This document shows positions 7,508-14,461 of a DNA stretch of 31,148 nucleotides, piece after piece (position 1 is the first letter of the stretch; each line of letters opens with the position of its first letter). Source of the DNA: Candidatus Kaiserbacteria bacterium RIFCSPLOWO2_01_FULL_54_13 (GTDB lineage: Bacteria > Patescibacteriota > Minisyncoccia > Phycocordibacterales > UBA2100); contig MFLZ01000015.1 of the NCBI GenBank assembly GCA_001781685.1, forward strand, positions 41,042-72,189, read 5' to 3'. The position numbers and the translations under genes are program-made. The notes beneath the pieces are model-generated. The model searched no databases, was not told where the DNA came from, and was given only the letters and a program-made list of their open reading frames with translations.

Positions 7508-8238
7508 AGACACTACTTTCGACGCGAAGATTAGTAAAGCGGTTCGGCGGGGTGCATGCTGTGGATCATGTTGATCTCTCGCTTGAGGGCGGCAAAATTA
7601 CAGCCTTGATCGGGCCGAACGGTTCGGGGAAAACAACGCTCATCAATGTTGTTACAGGAATGCTCGCTATAGATGGAGGAGATATTGTTATCGATTCCGT
7701 GAGGCTCCAGCGCATACGGCCGTCTGACGTTGCCTCATACGGGATCACGCGCACGTTCCAGAACTTGCGACTCATTCAACAGATGAGCGTCTTGGATAAT
7801 ATTTTGCTTGTTCTTACGGAGCGCAACATCTGGGGTGCGCTTTTCGAGCAGCACACAAAATTTCATCTCGCAACTGCAGAGGAGATACTAAAGAAGGTCG
7901 GATTATGGGAGAAGCGCAACGAGAACGCCGAGAGTCTCTCGTATGGCCAGCGCAAGCTCTTGGAAATCGCACGTGCTGTTTCTATGGAGGCGCGTATTTA
8001 TTTTTTCGACGAGCCATTTGCGGGATTGTTTCCGGAGATGGTAAGGATTGTCTCTGGAATTATACGTGAATTGCGAGCGAGTGGCGCGGCCGTTGTACTC
8101 GTCGAGCACGACATGCTTCTCGTGCGAGAACTTGCGGATTACTGCTACGTCTTGGACAGCGGAAAGGTTATTGCCGAAGGCACTCCAGAACATGTTCTGA
8201 AGCAACAGAATGTCGTTGAAGCGTATTTGGGGAAATAA
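7504..8238 (+). CDS. livG: Branched-chain amino acid ABC ATPase LivG
   Basis: Walker A GPNGSGKT, RTFQ, LSYGQRK, DEP, VEHDM, VVEAYLG. ATGA overlap with livM. Confidence 0.92.
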   Translation: MKTLLSTRRLVKRFGGVHAVDHVDLSLEGGKITALIGPNGSGKTTLINVVTGMLAIDGGDIVIDSVRLQRIRPSDVASYGITRTFQNLRLIQQMSVLDNILLVLTERNIWGALFEQHTKFHLATAEEILKKVGLWEKRNENAESLSYGQRKLLEIARAVSMEARIYFFDEPFAGLFPEMVRIVSGIIRELRASGAAVVLVEHDMLLVRELADYCYVLDSGKVIAEGTPEHVLKQQNVVEAYLGK

Positions 8239-8963
8239 TGAGAATTATGAAAGAAATCTTGCTTACTCTCCGAAACGCATCGGTGCACTATGGTGGCGTG
8301 AAAGCTCTCGACAGTGTGACGATTACGGTTGATGAGGGAGAAATCATCGCCCTCATGGGTCCCAATGGCGCGGGGAAATCGACCGCACTCAAGGCTATTT
8401 TTGGTCTTGCGCCGCTTACGCACGGCAGTGTGCTATGGCACGATGAGGAAATTGTACCCGTCTCGCACGAAATGGCCGCGAGCGGCATCGCGTACGTGCC
8501 GCAGGGAAGGCAGGTGTTTAAAAGTTTGAGTGTGTATGAAAATCTCGAGCTCGGCGGCTATTCGCTCCCGAATCGCAAGGACATTAAAAACAATATCGAT
8601 GCCGTCTTGCATCTCTTTCCGGCACTTAAGGAGAAACTCTCAACGAAAGCGGGGCTGCTCTCCGGCGGGCAGCAGCAGATGCTCACCATCGGGCGCGGGC
8701 TTGTAGCCGACCCGCGCGTGCTCTTGCTCGACGAACCATCGCTCGGGCTTGCACCGAAAGTCGTAAAAGAAGTTTTTGAGAAGATTCGAGAGATAAATAA
8801 GATGCGCAATATTGCCATCATCGTTGTAGAGCACAGCATCAAATCGATTTTAGGCATCGCACACCGGACGTACGTTCTAGCAAACGGCAGGATTGCCGCA
8901 GAGGGAAAGGGCGAGTCTATCGAGCAAAGCAAAATCTTAGAGAAGATCTTTTTTGCTTTCTGA
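8238..8963 (+). CDS. livF: Branched-chain amino acid ABC ATPase LivF
   Basis: GPNGAGKS, YVPQGRQVF, LSGGQQQM, LLDEPSLGLAP. TAATG overlap with livG (start may be ATG 8247). Confidence 0.92.
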   Translation: MRIMKEILLTLRNASVHYGGVKALDSVTITVDEGEIIALMGPNGAGKSTALKAIFGLAPLTHGSVLWHDEEIVPVSHEMAASGIAYVPQGRQVFKSLSVYENLELGGYSLPNRKDIKNNIDAVLHLFPALKEKLSTKAGLLSGGQQQMLTIGRGLVADPRVLLLDEPSLGLAPKVVKEVFEKIREINKMRNIAIIVVEHSIKSILGIAHRTYVLANGRIAAEGKGESIEQSKILEKIFFAF

Positions 8964-9016
8964 GTCTCGGAGATCGGGCTGTTTTGCAGCAAATGTGCTA
9001 CATTGTGCCTCTATAT

Positions 9017-10870
9017 ATGTGCGGGATTTTTGCGTATACGGGGAGGAATGGCAAGGATGCGGCGAAGGTCCTCCTTGATGGGCTCGTATCGCTCGAGTAC
9101 CGAGGCTACGACTCCGCGGGGATCTTTACGCCGGAGAGTGGCGCTGTCAAAACTCCCGGCGCGGTTCTCGAATTGAAAAAGAAAGTCCCGAAAGGTTTTA
9201 AGGGAAAAAGCGGAATTGCGCATTTGCGCTGGGCGACGCATGGCGAGCCCACAGAAATAAACGCGCATCCGCACTCGGACTGCGAGGGAGAGGTGTGGGT
9301 TGCGCACAACGGCATCATTGAGAATTTCAAAGAGCTCAAGAAGAAACTCTCAGCAAAGGGACACACGTTTGTTTCCGAATCCGACACGGAAGTTCTCGCG
9401 CATTTGATTGAAGAGCATCTGACCATTCTTCGCCGAGGCTCCGGTGTGGCGAAGAAAGATGTTTTCGAGAGGGCAGTGCTTGCCGCCTTGAATGAAGTGC
9501 GCGGCACATACGGAGTCGCCATTCAGTACAAGGGAGAGCCGGAAAAGCTCATCGCAGGGCGGATGGGCTCGCCCATCGTCTTGGGCCTCGGGAAAAAAGA
9601 GCACTTTATCGCCTCTGATCCTTCTCCGATCCTGAAGCACACGAAGAAGGTCGTGTTTCTCAATGACGGCGATGTTGCAGTTCTTACGCCGAAGTCGCAC
9701 ACGATATACAAACTCTCTAGCGAGCTCGTGAATCGCGAGCCGGAGGAGTTGGACTGGAACGCGGAGGAAGCGCAGAAGGGCGGATACGAGCATTTCATGT
9801 TGAAAGAAGTCATGGAAGCGCCGGAGGTGATCGAGAATACGCTCCGCGGCCGAGTAATTGCCGAAAAAGGTCTCGCGAAGCTCGGCGGACTCGAGTCGGT
9901 GGCGAAGGAGCTCGAGAAAATCGAGCGTATCATCATCGTCGCGTGCGGCACCGCCTACTACGCGGGATTGGTGGGGGAGTACATGCTCGAGGAATTTGCG
10001 GGGATTCCCGTCGAGGTGGAGCTTGGAAGTGAATTCCGCTATCGGAGCCCAGTCTTGAATCAGAGAACGGCTGTTCTCGCAATCTCGCAGTCGGGGGAAA
10101 CCGCCGATACGCTTGCAGCTGTGCGCGAAGGGAAGAAAAAGGGAGCGCTCACGCTCGGCATCGTGAATGCCGTGGGCTCGACAATCGCACGCGAGACGGA
10201 CGCGGGCGTGTACAACCACGCGGGGCCGGAGATCAGCGTCGTTTCGACGAAAGCACTTCTCTCGCAACTTACAGCACTTGCACTACTTACGATGTTTCTT
10301 GGGCGGCAGCGTAAGATGTCCGCGAAGATCGGGAAGGATATAGCGAGAGAGCTGCGGAATCTCCCCGAAAAACTTGAGAAGATTCTCGCGTGGCGCGCAG
10401 AGGTCGAGAAGCTTGCCAAGAAATACGCGGGAACGCGGGATTTCATGTTTATTGGTCGTAAGTACAACTATCCGATCGCCTTTGAAGGGGCGCTCAAATT
10501 GAAGGAATGTTCGTACGTGCACGCGGAAGGTTGCGGCGCGGGCGAGCTCAAGCACGGGCATTTGGCAATGATTTTCGAGGATTTTCCGACGGTCGCGCTT
10601 GTGACCAAAGACAGCGTATATGAAAAGGTTTTTTCAAACATTCAGCAGGTCAAAGCGCGCAAGGGCCCCGTCATCGCTGTCGCGACAGAAGGGGACGAGG
10701 AAATTGCGAAACTTGCCGATGATGTATTCTACGTCCCCAAAACTCTCGAAATGCTCTCGCCGATTTTGAACGTGGTTCCGCTTCAACTCTTCGCCTACTA
10801 CTTCGCACGCGACAAGGGACTCAACGTCGACCGCCCCCGCAACCTCGCGAAGTCGGTTACAGTCGAGTAA
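9017..10870 (+). CDS. glmS: Glutamine--fructose-6-phosphate aminotransferase
   Basis: N-terminal MCGIF (Ntn Cys), EYRGYDSAG, HLRWATHG, HNGIIEN, SQSGETADT, EGALKLKE, DRPRNLAKSVTVE. Confidence 0.98.
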   Translation: MCGIFAYTGRNGKDAAKVLLDGLVSLEYRGYDSAGIFTPESGAVKTPGAVLELKKKVPKGFKGKSGIAHLRWATHGEPTEINAHPHSDCEGEVWVAHNGIIENFKELKKKLSAKGHTFVSESDTEVLAHLIEEHLTILRRGSGVAKKDVFERAVLAALNEVRGTYGVAIQYKGEPEKLIAGRMGSPIVLGLGKKEHFIASDPSPILKHTKKVVFLNDGDVAVLTPKSHTIYKLSSELVNREPEELDWNAEEAQKGGYEHFMLKEVMEAPEVIENTLRGRVIAEKGLAKLGGLESVAKELEKIERIIIVACGTAYYAGLVGEYMLEEFAGIPVEVELGSEFRYRSPVLNQRTAVLAISQSGETADTLAAVREGKKKGALTLGIVNAVGSTIARETDAGVYNHAGPEISVVSTKALLSQLTALALLTMFLGRQRKMSAKIGKDIARELRNLPEKLEKILAWRAEVEKLAKKYAGTRDFMFIGRKYNYPIAFEGALKLKECSYVHAEGCGAGELKHGHLAMIFEDFPTVALVTKDSVYEKVFSNIQQVKARKGPVIAVATEGDEEIAKLADDVFYVPKTLEMLSPILNVVPLQLFAYYFARDKGLNVDRPRNLAKSVTVE

Positions 10871-10874
10871 GTCG

Positions 10875-11927
10875 CTAGATTTTTATAATTTCTTCCCAAG
10901 GCCTTCCGTCAACGCCGAAGTGGCCGTAGGCCGCGGTGTCTTGGTAAATAGGGCGGCGCAGGTCGAGTCGCTCTATGATGGCGCGCGGGCGGAAGTCGAA
11001 GTGTTTCGTGACGACGCTGGTCAGGTTCTTTCCTTTCTCATTGAATGCTTCCACCATCACAGGCTCCGCTCTCCCGATCGCGTAGGCTACCGTGACGAGG
11101 CACTTCTTGCCGTAGCCATTCTTGACGAGATTCTTTGCGACAAAGCGGCACATGTATGCGGCGGAGCGGTCTACCTTTGTCGGGTCTTTTCCGGAGAAGC
11201 AGCCGCCGCCGTGTGGGATGAGGCCGCCATAGGTGTCTACCATTATTTTGCGACCGGTGAGGCCAGCGTCCGCCGTGAATCCCCCGATCTCGAATTTGCC
11301 AGTCGGGTTCACGAGTATCTCGACTCCTCTCACGGAACCAAGCACCGGCTTGAAAAGATGTTTGATGAGTGCCTCACGGATATCTTCCTGAGAGACGTTT
11401 TTCGCGTGTTGAGTAGAGGCGAGCGCGGTGATCACCCTCCCTTTGCCTATCGTCACCTGTGTTTTTCCGTCAGGACGCAACCACGTGAGTTTCTTGTCAC
11501 GACGGAGTTTCTCGAGCCGACGAGCGAGCGCGTGCGCAAGCACAACTCCGCGCGGAAGCATTTCTTTAGTCTCGTCCGTTGCGTACCCATACATGATGCC
11601 TTGGTCGCCGGCGCCTTCTTTGTCTACTCCCATCGCGATGTCGGGAGATTGCTGCGCCACACGCACGATGATATTTAGCTTTTCGGTGTAGCCGATCTTG
11701 CGATACACGCGCTCGGCTATTTTTTTATAGCTGATGCGGGCTCTCGTCGTCACTTCGCCGCCGATCATAAGTGTTCCGTGCGACCCGAATGTTTCGACTG
11801 CGACGCGGCTCTTTGGGTCCTGTGCAAGACAAGCATCCAAAATCGCGTCCGAGATCTGGTCGCACACTTTGTCGGGATGACCCGACGTTACGCTCTCTGT
11901 CGTATAACGGTCCAGCAAGTGGAACAT
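10875..11927 (-). CDS. metK: S-adenosylmethionine synthetase
   Basis: TESVTSGHPDK, GAGDQG, PDGKTQV, DAGLTGRK, GGGCFSGKDPTKVDRSAAY, AAYGHFG. Preceded by a SAM-I riboswitch. Confidence 0.97.
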   Translation of the reverse strand: MFHLLDRYTTESVTSGHPDKVCDQISDAILDACLAQDPKSRVAVETFGSHGTLMIGGEVTTRARISYKKIAERVYRKIGYTEKLNIIVRVAQQSPDIAMGVDKEGAGDQGIMYGYATDETKEMLPRGVVLAHALARRLEKLRRDKKLTWLRPDGKTQVTIGKGRVITALASTQHAKNVSQEDIREALIKHLFKPVLGSVRGVEILVNPTGKFEIGGFTADAGLTGRKIMVDTYGGLIPHGGGCFSGKDPTKVDRSAAYMCRFVAKNLVKNGYGKKCLVTVAYAIGRAEPVMVEAFNEKGKNLTSVVTKHFDFRPRAIIERLDLRRPIYQDTAAYGHFGVDGRPWEEIIKI

Positions 11928-11936
11928 GAGGAGTAA

Positions 11937-11964
11937 GTCAAAAGTCAAAAATCAAAAGGCAAAA
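11937..11964. repeat. Tandem heptamer array (4 units) in the metK leader
   Basis: GTCAAAA GTCAAAA ATCAAAA GGCAAAA, ending 9 nt from the metK ATG. Confidence 0.8.
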
Positions 11965-11980
11965 TGATCTTGACGCTCAT

Positions 11981-12015
11981 AAAACCGAATATCTCCCTTT
12001 GGGGAGATAGCATTC
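11981..12015 (-). terminator. Expression-platform terminator of the SAM-I riboswitch
   Basis: Minus strand UAUCUCCC-CAAA-GGGAGAUA, then UUCGGUUUU. The left-arm UAUCU can alternatively pair with the P1 3' strand AGAUA (antiterminator). Confidence 0.75.
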
Positions 12016-12021
12016 GACGAA

Positions 12022-12113
12022 GTATCTGCCCCTCTCGGGTCTGAAAGCACTTTACCTTCTCGGCAAGTTGCTGGCGGGTCGTCGATTCAGGTATCTCGCC
12101 GCACTCTTGATAC
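12022..12113 (-). ncRNA. SAM-I (S-box) riboswitch
   Basis: Minus strand GUAUCAAGAG-UGCGGC-GAG-AUACCUGAAUC-GACGA-CCCGCC-AGCAAC-UUGCC-GAGA-AGGUAA-AGUGCU-UUCAG-ACCC-GAGA-GGGG-CAGAUAC: P1 GUAUC/GAUAC, kink-turn GAG..GACGA, P3 AGCAAC/GUGCU, pseudoknot CUGA/UCAG. Directly upstream of metK. Confidence 0.92.
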
Positions 12114-12132
12114 GATATTCAGTTGTGTCTGC

Positions 12133-12160
12133 ATCATAGCAAGGCAAGAATAGGATGCAA
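12133..12160 (-). promoter_or_regulatory. Promoter of the riboswitch-metK transcript
   Basis: TTGCAT (12160-12155), 16 nt ending in TGC, TATGAT (12138-12133). Confidence 0.65.
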
Positions 12161-12215
12161 ATCGTTCGTTGCGAATACCTCAATGAAGGTATACAGTGAG
12201 CCATCCTTTGTATGA

Positions 12216-12285
12216 ATCCCGTTAGAAATCACGTCCGCGCTAACGCGCCCGAAGACCCTTCGGGTCAGGCTATTTCTAACGGGAT
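12216..12285. repeat. Y-shaped inverted-repeat element, copy 1 (REP/MITE-like)
   Basis: Perfect 14-bp arms ATCCCGTTAGAAAT (12216-12229) / ATTTCTAACGGGAT (12272-12285) enclosing GCGC-TAAC-GCGC and GACCC-TTC-GGGTC hairpins. Confidence 0.8.
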
Positions 12286-13231
12286 GAAAAAGGTCGTCAC
12301 GATCGGCGGAGGGACGGGAAGCTATGTGGTCTTGCGTGGGCTGAAAGAGTTTCCGCTCGATATTACCGCTGTCGTTTCGATGTTCGATTCCGGCGGCTCT
12401 TCGGGTGTTCTCCGAGACGAGTTTGGCGTGCTTCCGCCGGGCGACGTGCGCCGCTGTCTCGTCGCGCTCTCGGATGGGAAGCGCGCCGAGATCTTGCGTG
12501 AGCTTTTCAATTTCCGCTTTGAGAACGGCGGCACTCTGAAGGGGCACAGCTTCGGAAATCTATTACTCGTCGCACTATCTTCTATCTACAAGGGTGAAAT
12601 CGAAGGCATACGCAAGGCGTCCGAGCTTCTGGACATCAAGGGGACAGTACTTCCGGTGTCGCTCGACAAAGCAGAACTGCACGCGGTTCTTGAAGACGGG
12701 ACGGAAATAGTTGGCGAAACGAATATCGATATTCCCAAGCACGATGGAGCGGTGCGAATACAGAAAGTATTCTTGAATCCTCCCGCGTCGCTCTTTGAGG
12801 AAACTGGTCGGGCTGTAAAAGACGCAGATCTCGTCGTGATCGGGCCGGGCGATCCATACACCTCGATAATCCCCAATCTCCTCGTCGAAGGTATGCAGGA
12901 AGCTTTGCGCGAGAGCAAGGGAAAGAAAATCGCAATAACGAATCTCATGAGCAAGTGGGGCGAGACACATGGCTTTGCCGCCTCGGATATGGTGCGCGAG
13001 CTACTTTCGTACAGCGGCATCCCTAAATTCGACTACATCATCTGCAATACAGGCGAGATGGACCCGGAGCTTGTTGCAGTTTACGCGAAAGAAAATAAGC
13101 ATCCGATCCATCTCGACGACAAACTCAAAGAATACGCATCGGAAGTGATCACTGGCAATTTCTTTTCAGAAGCCGATATCGCGCGCCACGACTCTGAGAA
13201 GATTGCGGGTGTCATAGCGAAGCTCTCGTAG
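12284..13231 (+). CDS. yvcK: YvcK/GlmR (UPF0052, CofD-like) gluconeogenesis / cell-wall factor
   Basis: KVVTIGGGTG, DSGGSSGVLRDEFGVLPPGDVRRCL, GHSFGNL, DLVVIGPGDPYTSIIPNLLV, RHDSEKIA. Confidence 0.92.
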   Translation: MKKVVTIGGGTGSYVVLRGLKEFPLDITAVVSMFDSGGSSGVLRDEFGVLPPGDVRRCLVALSDGKRAEILRELFNFRFENGGTLKGHSFGNLLLVALSSIYKGEIEGIRKASELLDIKGTVLPVSLDKAELHAVLEDGTEIVGETNIDIPKHDGAVRIQKVFLNPPASLFEETGRAVKDADLVVIGPGDPYTSIIPNLLVEGMQEALRESKGKKIAITNLMSKWGETHGFAASDMVRELLSYSGIPKFDYIICNTGEMDPELVAVYAKENKHPIHLDDKLKEYASEVITGNFFSEADIARHDSEKIAGVIAKLS

Positions 13232-13257
13232 GAGGCAAGTGACCGATTTGTCGCACG

Positions 13258-13266
13258 TGCTATAGT
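13258..13266 (+). promoter_or_regulatory. Extended -10 box, leaderless geometry
   Basis: TGC-TATAGT, 7 nt, ATG at 13274. Confidence 0.6.
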
Positions 13267-13273
13267 AGTGCAT

Positions 13274-13735
13274 ATGAATGGGCGCTTGGGATGGTCAATC
13301 GTAGTTGTTCTTGCGGTAATTATCGTTGCTTTGGCGGTATTTCTTTTTGCGGGCCCCACGTCTGCTCCGAGTTCGGACAATACATTCGTGTCGCCCTTTC
13401 CCTCGCAGCCATTCGAGTCCGAAAATGTGAACGTGACCTCGCCCTTGCCGAATGCGATGGTCGCGAAGAAGTTTACAGTTGTTGGTGAAGCGCGCGGCTT
13501 GTGGTATTTCGAAGCGTCGTTTCCTGTGCAGGTACGAGATCCGCAAAACAACCTTGTCGGGCAAGGGATCGCGCAGGCGGGGGATGAATGGATGACCACT
13601 GAATTCGTTCCGTTCACAGCTCCTGTCACGGTCACTGGTTACTCTGGTCCTGCGGATCTTGTGTTGCTGAAAGACAATCCCTCTGGTTTGCCCGAGCACG
13701 ACGACGCCGTGCTCTTCCCGATCGTAGTGCAATGA
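13274..13735 (+). CDS. Membrane-anchored Gmad2-type immunoglobulin-like domain protein
   Basis: N-terminal TM, then VTSPLPNA..VVGEARGLWYFEASFPVQV..AQAGDEWMTTEFVPF..KDNPSGLPE. Confidence 0.75.
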   Translation: MNGRLGWSIVVVLAVIIVALAVFLFAGPTSAPSSDNTFVSPFPSQPFESENVNVTSPLPNAMVAKKFTVVGEARGLWYFEASFPVQVRDPQNNLVGQGIAQAGDEWMTTEFVPFTAPVTVTGYSGPADLVLLKDNPSGLPEHDDAVLFPIVVQ

Positions 13736-14391
13736 GGAAAGTATTTGAGCGACGTGTTCGTGCAAAAAAGATTGTCGCATATCTCAGGAAGGTTTATCCG
13801 AGACCGAAAAGCGAACTGAAATATAAGACACCGTTTCAGTTCGTCGTTTCGGTGATTCTTTCGGCGCAGTGCACGGACAAGGCGGTGAATAAGGCGGCGG
13901 AGCCGTTGTTCAAGAAATATAAAACAGCGAGAGATTTTTCATTCCTAAGTTCTCAAGAACTTAGGAATAGGATCTCGTCCATTCCGTTTTTCAGGAACAA
14001 GACCAAGGCTATAATCACTGCCGCGAAAGACATTGTCGAAAAACACGGCGGCAAAGTTCCAAGGACCGCAAAAGAACTTCAGGAGCTGCACGGCGTGGGT
14101 TACAAAACCGCGCACGTCATCTTGGGAGAGTTGTTTAACATTTGGGAGGGAATTCCCACGGATACGCACGTGAAGCGCTTCGCGTATCGTTTTGATCTCT
14201 CAGATAACACTGACCTCAAGAAAATCTCGCATGATCTCGAAGCGCTCGTTCCGAAGAAGGACTGGAAGTTTGTCAACAACGGCCTCATTCTCTACGGCCG
14301 CTACGTCTGCCCCGCGCGGGTGCACGAATGCTCGGAGCACCCGCTCACGAAGCTTTGGCCACCAGCCGCTAAGCGCTGGTCTCGGGTGTGA
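13732..14391 (+). CDS. nth: Endonuclease III (HhH-GPD glycosylase) with degenerate Fe-S motif
   Basis: VILSAQCTDKAVN, HhH LQELHGVGYKTA (catalytic Lys), TDTHVKR (catalytic Asp). C-terminal CX6CX2HX5W. Confidence 0.9.
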   Translation: MRKVFERRVRAKKIVAYLRKVYPRPKSELKYKTPFQFVVSVILSAQCTDKAVNKAAEPLFKKYKTARDFSFLSSQELRNRISSIPFFRNKTKAIITAAKDIVEKHGGKVPRTAKELQELHGVGYKTAHVILGELFNIWEGIPTDTHVKRFAYRFDLSDNTDLKKISHDLEALVPKKDWKFVNNGLILYGRYVCPARVHECSEHPLTKLWPPAAKRWSRV

Positions 14392-14402
14392 TATCAAGAA
14401 CT

Positions 14403-14446
14403 TGTATTGCACTATAAAACGCGCCCGCGTAGCAAAGTGTAATACA
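14403..14446. terminator. Hairpin between convergent nth and ddl
   Basis: TGTATTGCACT (14403-14413) / AGTGTAATACA (14436-14446), one G-U, with an inner ACGC/GCGT. No clear U tract. Confidence 0.45.
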
Positions 14447-14461
14447 TTGTCGGATTGGCCG

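Noticed and set aside
8964-9016. glmS ribozyme
   Set aside because: The spacer is only 53 nt and lacks the core.
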